NCBI GenBank assembly: GCA_029258835.1
Contig: JAPDJY010000053.1
Location: forward strand, 14,006-78,005
Origin: Thermoproteota archaeon
Lineage (GTDB): Archaea; Asgardarchaeota; Jordiarchaeia; Jordiarchaeales; Freyrarchaeaceae
Reading direction: 5' to 3'
Length of the DNA: 64,000 nucleotides
Program-made: the position numbers and the translations under genes
Shown: positions 49,043-59,536 of the stretch, one piece after another
Layout: the number at the start of each line of letters is the position of its first letter
Position numbering within the stretch: the first letter of the stretch is position 1
The notes under the pieces: model-generated
Seen by the model: the letters and a program-made list of their open reading frames with translations, nothing else
Told to the model about the DNA's origin: nothing
Database searches by the model: none

Positions 49043-49969
49043 TTACTTCGGTCCTTCCACCCTGTTCCGGAGGGTGCCTATTTTTTCTATGTATGCTTCC
49101 ATCACGTCTCCCGGCTTTAGGAGCTTCGGCTTCGGCTTCGCGTAGAAGCCGACTCCGGCAGGGGTTCCAGTAGCTATCACGTCTCCCGGCTCAAGCGTCA
49201 TCACGTCAGATACGAAGGAAACGAGGTATGGTACCTTAAAGATCATGTTTGCTGTGGAGCTGTTCTGCCTCACCTCCCCGTTAACCCTCATCTGCATTTT
49301 TAGACGGTGAGGGTCTGGGATCTCGTCTTTAAGTGTGAGGTACGGCCCCATTGGCGCGAACGTGTCAAAGCTTTTCCCTCTGAACCATTGTCCATCCCTA
49401 AACTGGATGTCCCTCGCTGAAACATCATTGAAGACCGTGTAGCCTGCGACGTAGTCGTAGGCTTCCTCCTCCGGTATCTCTCTACCCTTTCGGCCGATTA
49501 TTACTGCCAGCTCGACCTCATAGTCAACCTTACGGGAAATTTTGGGGTAAATTACTGGTTCGTCGTGTCCAATTACCGCGGTAGGCGGCTTCGAGAACAA
49601 AATAGGGTTCTCTGGAGGAGTCAAGCCGGCTTCTTCGGCATGATCCGAGTAGTTTAATCCAAGACACACTATTTTGCTAGGTCTTGGGATAGGAGCCTTC
49701 AACTTAACGTCATTAAGGCTGTAGAGCAAGCCTTTGGCTCCGACCTTCCCCATCCGAAGATCTACTCTAACCGATTCAACAACCCTCCTCGCAGCCTCTA
49801 AACACTCCTCGCCAGACGACAGAAAGGAGATCATATCTGATGGGGGCTTAACTCCAGCTGCCTCATCCTCGTAAACCTGGAAGGCAGTAGGGATATCTAG
49901 TATCAACTCGTTTTCAACTAGTACACCTAGTCTCAGATCGGCTCCCACCGAGAAGCTGACCAGCTTCAC
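49043..49969 (-). CDS. fumarylacetoacetate hydrolase family protein
   Basis: CLGLNY, DYEVEL, NDVSARD, GKSFDTF, TGTPAGVG. Confidence 0.93.
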   Translation of the reverse strand: MKLVSFSVGADLRLGVLVENELILDIPTAFQVYEDEAAGVKPPSDMISFLSSGEECLEAARRVVESVRVDLRMGKVGAKGLLYSLNDVKLKAPIPRPSKIVCLGLNYSDHAEEAGLTPPENPILFSKPPTAVIGHDEPVIYPKISRKVDYEVELAVIIGRKGREIPEEEAYDYVAGYTVFNDVSARDIQFRDGQWFRGKSFDTFAPMGPYLTLKDEIPDPHRLKMQMRVNGEVRQNSSTANMIFKVPYLVSFVSDVMTLEPGDVIATGTPAGVGFYAKPKPKLLKPGDVMEAYIEKIGTLRNRVEGPK

Positions 49970-50435
49970 GTAAAGCACCCCTTCGTCTGGTAAGAGAGCC
50001 CTCAAGCCTCTAAGCGTGGAGTCTCCGAGGATTCCTAGAAGATTATTGCTATCATTTATTTTTAAAAAATTGATTGCATTTACCTTGCCATCAATAAGTT
50101 TATGATGCAGGAGGATTGAAAACTGCGCTTAAGTGTATCATTAGCGTGAAGAAATAACGGAATATTTATATGTGTGTTTTCTACGTGATTATTTGCTAAA
50201 AGAAAAACGATTTGCCTTCTTCTGGGGAGATGGGACTACGTCTTTGGCTACCCAACATATCAGTGTTCCGTGATCCGGTGATCCCCCGCCTTGGGGGTTG
50301 GGTAGCCAACAGAAGGTTTCCTTGTTTTAAACGTTTTCGCCGCATGGACCTAGGATACTTTTTGGCATTGACTGTTTCCTCCCCACTTCCTGAAATTGGA
50401 AGATTTTCGATAAAAAAAAGAAAGGGGGTGGTGAG

Positions 50436-50795
50436 ATGGTTGCAGTCCCTAGAGGGCATCACATTATAAGTGAGGTCTTCGCTGACCCCGAGGTGTTAGA
50501 TGATTTAGAGTTCCTGAAGGATACGTTTTTGACTGCTGCGGAAATAGCCGGGCTTCAGATACTCGACGTGAAGTTCCATAAGTTTGAGCCTATGGGGGTT
50601 AGCGGCATACTTCTAATATCGGAGTCGCACGTTTCAATTCACACGTGGCCAGAGGATGGATACGCGGCCATAGACATATTCACGTGTGGCGACGTTAGAA
50701 AGTGCTGGGAAGCCTACCAATACATAATCTCAAGGATAAACGCAAGGCACCATATTGAAATAGAGATTAAGAGAGGACTCTTGGATGAGTCCTGA
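50436..50795 (+). CDS. speD: S-adenosylmethionine decarboxylase proenzyme
   Basis: GVSG..LISESHVSIHTWPE..AAIDIFTCG pyruvoyl self-cleavage motif (arginine-decarboxylase paralogy not excluded). Confidence 0.88.
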   Translation: MVAVPRGHHIISEVFADPEVLDDLEFLKDTFLTAAEIAGLQILDVKFHKFEPMGVSGILLISESHVSIHTWPEDGYAAIDIFTCGDVRKCWEAYQYIISRINARHHIEIEIKRGLLDES

Positions 50796-50903
50796 CTACT
50801 TGCCTGGGCTACGCCTACGCGTAGCTCAGAGCTCCAAGTGCATGTGCAGCACCCTACCCCTACTTTTTTAAGGATTTTCCTTGATGCTGGGGGGTGGTTA
50901 TAG

Positions 50904-52064
50904 GTGATAGTGGATGAAAGGTTCCTTAGCGAACTCGTAGCGTTCTGTAGGAGTAAAGTTCCATCTGACCCCAACTTGACCATTTACGAGGCGGCAAGGC
51001 TCCTACGCCAGCTTGAGGACGGGGTTGCTATAAGTGATATTTCATGTAAGATGATGGTGTCTTCGGTCATGGCCGCGTTAGGATTCCTTTACTATAAGGG
51101 TGTGTTAAATGTTAACAGGGAGGAATGTACCGTCAGCACCCCAGAGATAGAGTGGAATGTTAAGTCATTCATTGAACTTGAAATAAAGGGGGTAAGCAGG
51201 CTTCTCCCTCAAAGAGAGGCGATAAGTAGGGTTTTAAGAAAGAGAGATATGGAAATCATATTTGAGTTCTCTCAGCTTCCAATAAACGTTGAAAGCCTGA
51301 TGAGAAAGTTCGCATTAATGCAGTCGTTTCAAGACGTTGACGGAAAAGACGTTATTTTCATAGGTGACGACGATTTTATGAGCGTCGTTTGCAGCCTTCT
51401 TGGCCTTCCTAGACGAGTCGTAGTGGTGGATTTAGATGAAAGGCTTCTCGAAGGGATTAAGGAGCTGTCCGATGAACACGGGCTAAACATAGAGACCGTT
51501 AAGCACAACCTTATACATCCCCTTCCAAAGGAGCTGCAGGGAACATTCGACACCTTCTGCACCGATTCCCCCCACTGCCTAGGCGGGATACTTCTATTCG
51601 TGAGCAGAGGGGTTTCAGCTCTTAAAAGGGACGTTGAGACAGCAGGCTACTTCGTCTTCCAAACAGTTAACGAGCCACTACTAATGGAGTTTGAGACAAG
51701 GCAGAGGCTAGTCAAGCTGATTACTAATGAAATGAATGGAGTAATCCAGTGCATGCTGCCAGCGTCAATAAAGTACATTACCCCTAGGGATGAGAAGGAG
51801 AAACTCATGGACGTGTTCCTTAACGCAGTCAAAGAGCCAAGTTTAGATGATTACTTTAAGAGGATCGAGGAGGCACTAAGGCCATCATCTAGGTTCATAG
51901 AGTTTTACCCAGAGTTCTCCATGGAGGCAGCGTTAATAGCCAGAGTAGCGTTCAGGAAGCCTAAACCATTAATAGAGGGGGACTACGACAAGGAAGCAGA
52001 AAAGAAGTATGGCCCGGTATACTCCTGGGCGATAATAGAAAAGCACATAGCAGAGAAATCGTAA
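50904..52064 (+). CDS. bpsA: branched-chain polyamine synthase-like (N4-bis(aminopropyl)spermidine synthase, DUF43)
   Basis: FIGDDDFMS, VVDLDERL, FDTFCTDSP, FVSRG; follows speD. Confidence 0.75.
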   Translation: MIVDERFLSELVAFCRSKVPSDPNLTIYEAARLLRQLEDGVAISDISCKMMVSSVMAALGFLYYKGVLNVNREECTVSTPEIEWNVKSFIELEIKGVSRLLPQREAISRVLRKRDMEIIFEFSQLPINVESLMRKFALMQSFQDVDGKDVIFIGDDDFMSVVCSLLGLPRRVVVVDLDERLLEGIKELSDEHGLNIETVKHNLIHPLPKELQGTFDTFCTDSPHCLGGILLFVSRGVSALKRDVETAGYFVFQTVNEPLLMEFETRQRLVKLITNEMNGVIQCMLPASIKYITPRDEKEKLMDVFLNAVKEPSLDDYFKRIEEALRPSSRFIEFYPEFSMEAALIARVAFRKPKPLIEGDYDKEAEKKYGPVYSWAIIEKHIAEKS

Positions 52065-52218
52065 GACCTCTAACCATACAAAAATTAACACATAACTTTC
52101 TTCACACATACTTAAGAACGAAGAATTCATGCATAGCCTAGTTCGATACGTCAATGCTTAGCTTAATTAAGGGAACCGCGTGGACGAACCCGAGGAGACG
52201 GTGGAGAAAAGGGGCGGA

Positions 52219-52509
52219 TCAGAGGGTCAATTTCTGCTTAGAAACAGAAGCCCAAATTTTCTGGACAAGTTTCTTTCCTTCAGGTGTAATCTCCACCCAT
52301 CCAGCCTTCGTTTTAGTCGCTAAACCCTTTTCAACGAGCCACTCTATTGTTTCTTCAGGGGACAGTTCAGCCTTTCCACTAGTCCAGGGTCTGTGTGTGC
52401 GTTCGAGACGTTTAGCCACAAGCTTTAACCGCTCCCCCTTTGGCATCTGAGAAAGGAGAATTAGCGCGCTTTTAACCTCTTCAGGGAGGCATAACACTTG
52501 ATCCGACAA
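52219..52509 (-). CDS. hypothetical winged-helix protein
   Basis: LVEKGL..VEITPEGK; SD GAGGTGA. Confidence 0.6.
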   Translation of the reverse strand: MSDQVLCLPEEVKSALILLSQMPKGERLKLVAKRLERTHRPWTSGKAELSPEETIEWLVEKGLATKTKAGWVEITPEGKKLVQKIWASVSKQKLTL

Positions 52510-52886
52510 GTTATCACCTCATCCATTTAAAACGAAAGGGAGTTCATTAAATTAAACTTTATCGGTAAAACCCTCCTCTATGATTATTAAAATTGCATAG
52601 TTTCTAAAAATGAGCATGTGAAATCGCTGATATTGTTAAAATAAGATACAACAAATGGAAAATTTTGTTGAGTAATTAAGGTTTTTCGGATTTTATGCAT
52701 GTGAAAAACGATTTCAAGAGGCAACCAAGGTGGAAAATTGTGGGTTTAACAACGTTCAGGAAAGACGGGAACTCTACCAGTAGAATATTTTAACGAAGGG
52801 GGACATGTCAAATTACGGGTTCAAAGCGAAAAAAATAAATTTAGCTTAAACCTAGTTTTCAACCACTAGGAGGTTTCTGAAAATGG

Positions 52887-53213
52887 GTGGTTACCTTCCG
52901 GAGTGAAAGGGAAGCTGTTTTTAAGGAAGACCAGGTTGAACCTAACCGTTTTACTGCTTTTAGAACTGAGATCAACAGAAGGAGAATACTAGTAGACCCT
53001 TACAAGTGTACGGCATGCATGATATGCATGGTTACATGCGCGGCGAAGCATCATGGTTCCTTGAACCCTAAGAAGGCTAAGATCAGAGTTGAGAATAGGC
53101 TTCCAGTAGTTAAAGTCTGGTTCTTAGAAAGCTGTGACGGATGCGAGTCCTTAGGGGTGAGAGTTCCATTTTGCGTTCAGCACTGTCCTAAGGGAGCATT
53201 AAGAGTGGGGTGA
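52887..53213 (+). CDS. 4Fe-4S ferredoxin-like subunit associated with AOR
   Basis: CTACMICMVTC, CDGC, CVQHCP; overlaps the aor start. Confidence 0.85.
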   Translation: MVTFRSEREAVFKEDQVEPNRFTAFRTEINRRRILVDPYKCTACMICMVTCAAKHHGSLNPKKAKIRVENRLPVVKVWFLESCDGCESLGVRVPFCVQHCPKGALRVG

Positions 53214-55057
53214 TGGTTGTGAAGGGAGGCTACACAGGCAGAATCTTAATGGTCGACTTGGGGAAAAGCGAGTGTAAGACCATAGACTGGACAAGTGAAA
53301 AGAGTGAGTGGCTGAAGTTTGTTGGCGGAAGAGGCTTCGGAGCCAAGATCATTTGGGAGCAGACAGGCCGGAGCACCGAGCCGCTTGGACCGGATAACGT
53401 GCTAGTTTTCGCTGCAGGCCCATTGACAGGTTTACCAGTACCAGGCCCAAGGATTAGCGTTTGCTCTTTAAGCCCGCTTACAGGGATATGGGGTGATAGC
53501 GCCATTGGAGGCTACGCTGGCCTCAGGATGAAGCAATGCGGCTATGACGCAGTGGTTCTTAAGGGTAGAAGGAAGGGGTTCGTATATCTTTACGTTGGCG
53601 AGAACGAAGTCGAGGTTAGAGACGCGTCACACTTGGTTGGAATGGGAAGCGTCGAGGCGCAGGAAGCCCTCAGAGAAGAGCTTGGAGGAGACGTAGCGGC
53701 TTTAACCATAGGTCCAGCGGGGGAAAACCTCGTCCTTTTCGCGTGTATAACAAGCGATTATGGGAGGCAGGCTGGCAGAACTGGAATGGGGGCGGTTATG
53801 GGGTCTAAGGGCGTTAAAGCGGTGGTCTTTGACGGATCTCTGGACGTGCCCGTAGCCGACGCTGACCGGCTAGTTAGCCTATTAGAGGAGGCTAGGGAGT
53901 ACATTATGAAAAGCAACCCTGAGTTGTATGCCCAGTTCAGCAGGTACGGTACTACTATGACTCTCGACTGGGCTCAGGATGTGGCATGCTTGCCAACGAG
54001 GAATTTTAGCGAGAACGTCTTCGAGGACGCCGAGATGATAGGCGCTAACGCTGTGGAAGAGAAGATTATGAGGGGGAAAAGGGGGTGCTTCGCCTGTCCA
54101 ATAGCGTGCAGGACCGTGTCTGAGGTTAAGGTTAACGGGAAAACCGTGCACCTAGATGGACCGGAATACGAGACGCTCGCACTTTTAGGTTCTAACTTAG
54201 GGCTTGGGGATATAGAGGCGCTTTCAGCAGCCCATTACCTGTGCGACCATTACGGATTAGACGCTATATCAGCTGGAGCTGTGATCGGGTTTGCCATAGA
54301 GTGTGCTCAGCGAGGACTAATGTCTCTTGACGGGTTAAAGGCTGAGTGGGGTAATAAAGAGACCATATTTAAATTGTTGGAGAGCATTGCATACCGGAGG
54401 GGAATAGGAGGTTTACTCGCTGAAGGAGTAAGGAGGCTAGCCGAGTTCGTGGGTAACGGGTGTGAAGAATATGCCATGCACGTTAAGGGCTTGGAGCAGT
54501 CCGGATATGAGACTAGAGCTGCTCCGGGGATGAGCCTAGCGTACGGAACCTGTGATGTAGGAGCGCACCATAACAGGTCGACGATAATTGGCTGGGAGTC
54601 CAGGAATGACAGGCTTGGAGTAGGTAAGGATAAGGTTGAGGTTCAGATTCTCCTCCAGCATCAGAGAAGCCTCTTCGACGCACTTGGGGTGTGCAGGTTT
54701 CCTTGGTGTGAAACCAAGCTACCCTTCGAGTATTACCCGATGTTTTACCAGGCGGCTACGGGAATACAGGCAGGTGAAGATGAGCTGCTGACAGCCTCGG
54801 AAAGGATCTTCAACCTCACTAGGATGATAAGTGTACGCCGAGGGGTTTCACGAAAGGATGATTACCCGCCAAGGAGGGTCTTTAATGAGCCACTTCCAAG
54901 CGGCCCATTTAAGGGAGTCAAGGTCGACATTAAAGACTATGATGGGATGCTGGACGTGTATTATAGTCTTAGGGGATGGGATAATAATGGGATTCCAACG
55001 AAGGAAAAACTGGAAGAGCTAGGTATCCTAGACATGATCGAGAAGGGAATGGGGTGA
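53210..55057 (+). CDS. aor: tungsten aldehyde:ferredoxin oxidoreductase family
   Basis: GPAGENLV, AGRTGMGAVMGSK, CFACPIAC, GPEYET, YYSLRGWD. Confidence 0.92.
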   Translation: MMVVKGGYTGRILMVDLGKSECKTIDWTSEKSEWLKFVGGRGFGAKIIWEQTGRSTEPLGPDNVLVFAAGPLTGLPVPGPRISVCSLSPLTGIWGDSAIGGYAGLRMKQCGYDAVVLKGRRKGFVYLYVGENEVEVRDASHLVGMGSVEAQEALREELGGDVAALTIGPAGENLVLFACITSDYGRQAGRTGMGAVMGSKGVKAVVFDGSLDVPVADADRLVSLLEEAREYIMKSNPELYAQFSRYGTTMTLDWAQDVACLPTRNFSENVFEDAEMIGANAVEEKIMRGKRGCFACPIACRTVSEVKVNGKTVHLDGPEYETLALLGSNLGLGDIEALSAAHYLCDHYGLDAISAGAVIGFAIECAQRGLMSLDGLKAEWGNKETIFKLLESIAYRRGIGGLLAEGVRRLAEFVGNGCEEYAMHVKGLEQSGYETRAAPGMSLAYGTCDVGAHHNRSTIIGWESRNDRLGVGKDKVEVQILLQHQRSLFDALGVCRFPWCETKLPFEYYPMFYQAATGIQAGEDELLTASERIFNLTRMISVRRGVSRKDDYPPRRVFNEPLPSGPFKGVKVDIKDYDGMLDVYYSLRGWDNNGIPTKEKLEELGILDMIEKGMG

Positions 55058-55078
55058 GTTCGGCGGCGAGAAAGGTTC

Positions 55079-56695
55079 CTACTCGAATTTTTTAGCTTTA
55101 AACCATGTTTCTTTTAACGGTCTTGAAAACTCTTCGATGTAGCCTTCTAGCGTGCTGCAGATAGCAACTGTTTGCTCCGCTTTTGGGGGGAGCCACGCTA
55201 AAAGGACTTCCTCCCTGTCTCTCATTACACCCATCATGTTTCCTTCCTCTAAGACTCTCAGGGAAGTGTTGGGTCTTGAGGCTATCTTCCTAAGGGTGGC
55301 TGGGTCGCCTGAGGCTGCTACCTGCAAGGTCACCCTTGGGCTGGCGGATAGGAGGGCTTCAACGTCCTCGACTTCGATGTTTGGGGCCACGAGAAGGAGG
55401 GATGACTTGGCTGATTTGACCACTTGCCTCATGTAGTCTTTCACGTTGCTGTAACCGGCGACTAAGCCCACCCCAACTATTTCCGTGAACGCTATGCTCC
55501 TAACCGCTTCAACTATGCTTTCAACCCTACTCTTAACCGAGTCAAGCTCTCTACCTATTTCTTGGCTTAAAGGCGAGACTACCGACGTAATCTTATTGGA
55601 TGCTTCCGATCTAAGCTTGTCGAGGGATGCTTGCACTTTAGACAGCTCATCCTCAACTTCCGACTTAACCCTTAACACGACGGCCTTTTCATCCTCTGAT
55701 GCTTTCGACACCTGCTCTGTGATCCTCCTTTGGACGTCCTCAAGGTGTCTTTTCACCGTGTCAGACAGCTTAGCTAATGCAGCCTCGAACTCCTTCCCAG
55801 CCGACTTAAGGGAGGATTCAAGCTTCGTAATAGTTCTCCCAATCTCCTCCTCCACCCTGCTTGCTATGGCTTCACTCATTCTTTCAAGGCTGAGTTTAAC
55901 CTCTTCGCTTACCCTTGACGATGCAGCCTCTGCGCTTGAGGACATGATGTTGAAGGCCTCTCCCGCCCTCTTCTTAGCCCGCTCGGATTCCTGTGAAATC
56001 TTGCTTTGAACGTCTGTTAGAGCGCTTTGGAGCGAGGATTTTGCGTCCATGAGCCTTCTCTGCATCTCCTGAAGCTGGCTTACCAAGTCGGATATCGTAG
56101 ACTCTACGTTTGAGGACACCCTGCTTATGCTCTCATTAGCAGAGGTGAAGGCTAGGTCCAAGGCGCCTACAGTGTCCCTCTTAAGTCCTGCAAGTTTACC
56201 CTTAAGCTCTGAAAGGTACGAGTTTAACGAGCTTTCAGCGCTTACAGCAGCACTCCTGGAATGTTCTTTAACGCTCTTAACGGCCTCGTCTCCCATGGAA
56301 CGGCTGGAAACCGAGGCTTCTTCAAGGCATTTTTCAATGGCTAATGACAGCATGTAACCCGTCTCTTCCGTCACCGAAGCGATGGCACCCTCGACACTAG
56401 TCGTTGCTGATGAAGCCTCTTCTCTAAGGCCGGCTAAGGCTGCCTCCTCCCGCCTTGAGAAATCATCTAAGATCTCACTTATACGCTGAGAGAAAACCCT
56501 AAAGCTGTCAATCAGCTCAGCTACCTTAGCCTTAATGGCGTTTTCGACTTCATCACTAATGCTGCCAGCACTTTTCGAAACGTACTCTTTAACCTCACCT
56601 AGCTTCTCAAGGATCTCCCCAACCCCTCTTTCCAAGGCAGCTCTAGCCTCATCCACCCTACTCTTAGGTGCATGAACCACAGAGGCGCTAGGCAA
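55079..56695 (-). CDS. long amphipathic coiled-coil (apolipoprotein-like) protein with C-terminal TrmB/PLD-like domain
   Basis: ~400 aa of S/E/A/K/V-rich helical repeats, then a globular domain (AKSSLLLVAP, RDREEVLLA). Confidence 0.65.
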   Translation of the reverse strand: MPSASVVHAPKSRVDEARAALERGVGEILEKLGEVKEYVSKSAGSISDEVENAIKAKVAELIDSFRVFSQRISEILDDFSRREEAALAGLREEASSATTSVEGAIASVTEETGYMLSLAIEKCLEEASVSSRSMGDEAVKSVKEHSRSAAVSAESSLNSYLSELKGKLAGLKRDTVGALDLAFTSANESISRVSSNVESTISDLVSQLQEMQRRLMDAKSSLQSALTDVQSKISQESERAKKRAGEAFNIMSSSAEAASSRVSEEVKLSLERMSEAIASRVEEEIGRTITKLESSLKSAGKEFEAALAKLSDTVKRHLEDVQRRITEQVSKASEDEKAVVLRVKSEVEDELSKVQASLDKLRSEASNKITSVVSPLSQEIGRELDSVKSRVESIVEAVRSIAFTEIVGVGLVAGYSNVKDYMRQVVKSAKSSLLLVAPNIEVEDVEALLSASPRVTLQVAASGDPATLRKIASRPNTSLRVLEEGNMMGVMRDREEVLLAWLPPKAEQTVAICSTLEGYIEEFSRPLKETWFKAKKFE

Positions 56696-57105
56696 AGTAA
56701 AACCTCCACTCAGGCAGGAATCCTTAAAAATTAGTTAAACGTAAAAAATAAGAGTCTTATGGTCGGCGTCCCTGCCTCTAGGTGAAAGCTTACTTTTCAG
56801 AAAGTGTCGGTGACGTCTAATCTCCTCGCCAGGCAGGATTAGGGTGCTATCAGCACTCCAGCTCTGGAAATCCGGGTGAAGCACTAAGAATGAAAAGAAT
56901 GAAGATAAAGTTGAACCAAGCAGAATTAAAAAGGAACTGTTTACATCGGCTTACAGCCACATTTCCCTACCACTTAAACAGCTTTTTCACTTGCTTATGT
57001 ATTTGAAATAAGACGTCTCGAGAATTCTTTGCAACCGGAACCCTAACGAATCACAGGTAAAAGCATGAAATCAATTTGCCGCTTACAAGAGTGCACTATC
57101 TTATG

Positions 57106-57139
57106 TTTAACGTTCATCCTTTTTTAACGTTCATCCTTT
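57106..57139. repeat. perfect 17-bp tandem duplication TTTAACGTTCATCCTTT
   Basis: two identical adjacent units upstream of the AT-rich promoter region of the GTPase gene. Confidence 0.85.
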
Positions 57140-57292
57140 AATTAGCAATAACAAATGTATGAAGCAAAAAAATAATATTATAATTATTCAAATTTAAATA
57201 AAAGGAAAAGTGGAATAAATTGAATAAATTGGATAAGTTAGAATGACGGAGTGAAGCCTCTGAGGATGTTGAAAGAAGCTGAGGGGTGCGAG

Positions 57293-57820
57293 TTGGCTAC
57301 ACAAACCTATCTTTTTAAGGTGGTAATGGTCGGGGATCCTGCAGTCGGTAAAACGAGCTTGGTTGTAAGGTATGTGCACGGTTTCTTTCAACATGATTAC
57401 ATAGCTACGATAGGAACACAGATAATGAGCAAGGAAGTTTACGTAAGGGATAGCATTGTTAAACTTTCAATATGGGATATAGGGGGACAGGAGAAGTTTG
57501 ACACGCTTGCCCCAGCATATTATAAGGGTGCATCCGGAGCGTTGGCCATCTTTGACGTAACACGTAAGGAGACCCTTGAAAATATTCCTAAGTGGATTTC
57601 ACGGTTGCACCGCTATGCAAACCCGAACGTTCTCACGATCCTAGTTGGAAACAAAGTCGATCTTGTTGATGAGAGGCAGGTTAGCCCTGATGAGGCAACC
57701 GGAATAGCAGATAAGTATGGGCTACCCTACGTGGAAACTTCTGCGAAAAGCGGAAAGAACGTTATTAAAGTCTTTGAGGTGATGGCTGAGAGGCTGCTAG
57801 CCAAAAAAGTCGGAGGATAA
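57293..57820 (+). CDS. Rab-like small GTPase
   Basis: GDPAVGKT, TIG, WDIGGQEKF, YYKGA, NKVD, ETSAK. Confidence 0.95.
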   Translation: MATQTYLFKVVMVGDPAVGKTSLVVRYVHGFFQHDYIATIGTQIMSKEVYVRDSIVKLSIWDIGGQEKFDTLAPAYYKGASGALAIFDVTRKETLENIPKWISRLHRYANPNVLTILVGNKVDLVDERQVSPDEATGIADKYGLPYVETSAKSGKNVIKVFEVMAERLLAKKVGG

Positions 57821-57846
57821 AACATGGTTTGAACGACCTTTTCCAA

Positions 57847-58299
57847 CTACCTTCTGCGCCTGTTTCTCTGGCCTCTCCGTGGTTTCCTCCTGTAGGGTTC
57901 ACCTTGACCGAGGGAGAACCTTGGGATTGACGGCTGCCTGTACACGTTCTCTGATAGGTTATTGTCTACGTTTGCCTCTATCTCTTCGTCGATCACTTCG
58001 AAGCTGCCGTACCTGCCTAGGTTAAGGCGCATTTGCCCTCTGAACAGGCTTACATAGCCGTTTTCTATCTTTAATGATGTTTCAGGGGAAATGTTTGAAA
58101 TGGCGTCGTCCCATAATGTTAGGAGTATTGAACCTGTTTCATCCCCAACTAGTGCTTCGGCAACCCTATGGGTTGAGCCGTCACGCCTGGAGACCACTTC
58201 TCTTGCTTCACTAACATTCACAACTTTAACTTTTAGGTTTACTCTTCTCGAGGTTGGAGTTAAATCCCCTACGGAAATAAATTCTACATCTTCTTCCAA
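57847..58299 (-). CDS. ssb: single-OB-fold ssDNA-binding protein with Arg-rich tail
   Basis: VGDETGSILLTLW, IENGYVSLFRG..LNLGRYG. Confidence 0.9.
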   Translation of the reverse strand: MEEDVEFISVGDLTPTSRRVNLKVKVVNVSEAREVVSRRDGSTHRVAEALVGDETGSILLTLWDDAISNISPETSLKIENGYVSLFRGQMRLNLGRYGSFEVIDEEIEANVDNNLSENVYRQPSIPRFSLGQGEPYRRKPRRGQRNRRRR

Positions 58300-58490
58300 C
58301 TTATAACCCCTCAAGAACATATACCCGTAGAAGAGCGAAAGAAGGCAGAGGAACCCCCGCAAAAAACGTTAAAAAGGAGGCAGCCTTGACTTCTTCCGCT
58401 CTTAGCAAGACTTACGAATTCTCCCTTTTAATACTTATCGGTGCGAACCTCACAAAGAGGCATCCTCCTTTAGACTTTATCTTAAAAGTT

Positions 58491-59042
58491 CTACCTTAAG
58501 TATAAACCTTTGTTCTGGGTTTTCAGGGGAACCTCCTCTATCATAAGGGAGGCTAACGTTTTAAAAACATCTTCAACCATGTAGTTCTCCTTGGCTGACG
58601 ATTCAAAGTATGGTACTTCTAACTTCTCAGCTAGGCGTGATCCATCTTCGTAACGAACTTTCCTCTGGGACACCAAATCTATTTTGTTTCCAACTAGGAT
58701 TACGGGTATGTTTCCACAGTGGTATCTAACTTGGTTTACCCAGCTCATCACATTTTTGAACGTTTTAATGTCGGTTACGTCGAAAACCACTAGGGCGCCT
58801 CGCCCGCCTTTAAAGTAGTTTGGCAGTAGAGGCCTAAACTTCTCCTGGCCGCCAGTATCCCATATTGTAAGCTTAATCAGGCAGTCGTTTATGTCTACTG
58901 TTTTAGAGTAGAAGTTTACTCCTAGGGTTGGAATATAGTTTTCTCTAAATGATCCGGTGGCAAACCTTATTGTTAGGCTTGTTTTACCTACTCCACCATC
59001 CCCAACGACCAGAACTTTAAAATTATATATTGACTTACTCAA
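58491..59042 (-). CDS. Rab-like small GTPase
   Basis: GDGGVGKT, WDTGGQEKF, NKID, ESSAK. Confidence 0.95.
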   Translation of the reverse strand: MSKSIYNFKVLVVGDGGVGKTSLTIRFATGSFRENYIPTLGVNFYSKTVDINDCLIKLTIWDTGGQEKFRPLLPNYFKGGRGALVVFDVTDIKTFKNVMSWVNQVRYHCGNIPVILVGNKIDLVSQRKVRYEDGSRLAEKLEVPYFESSAKENYMVEDVFKTLASLMIEEVPLKTQNKGLYLR

Positions 59043-59252
59043 TTAGGATTCCTCCTGATGAGAAACGACAGGCAACCCACTAATTGTTAAAGAGCCAAGT
59101 TTCCAACAAATTTAACATCATTTTCCCATGAAGAAAGCCTTGACTTAAATATGTTCCCTTTCCTTTTTTAAGGAAAATCTTTTGCAGATCTAACCTAGGT
59201 TTTACTTACATTCTTAACGTGGAGATGTACCTCCTGATAATACTCAGGGAGG

Positions 59253-59501
59253 GTGTGGAAAGTGATGTTCAGAAACGTGTTAAGAAGGAGAGGGTTTTGG
59301 AAGACTAGGAGTAGTGATGAGGAAGTTTTCATGAAGCACGATGAAAGACTTGGAGGAATATACGTAACACTACAAAACCGGATGGCAATCCTCAGAATGG
59401 AAGATAGGGACACCATACACGTGTTCAAAAGTGCTAAACATTTAGAGCTTTACCTTAAAAAGCTTGAAGAGGAACACGTGGGCGTATTCTTAAACGCGTA
59501 G
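59253..59501 (+). CDS. hypothetical protein
   Basis: SD GGGAGG + GTG, 82 aa. Confidence 0.6.
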   Translation: MWKVMFRNVLRRRGFWKTRSSDEEVFMKHDERLGGIYVTLQNRMAILRMEDRDTIHVFKSAKHLELYLKKLEEEHVGVFLNA

Positions 59502-59536
59502 AGGCCACCGTTGAAAGAGAAAAAGAGAGAAAAGAG

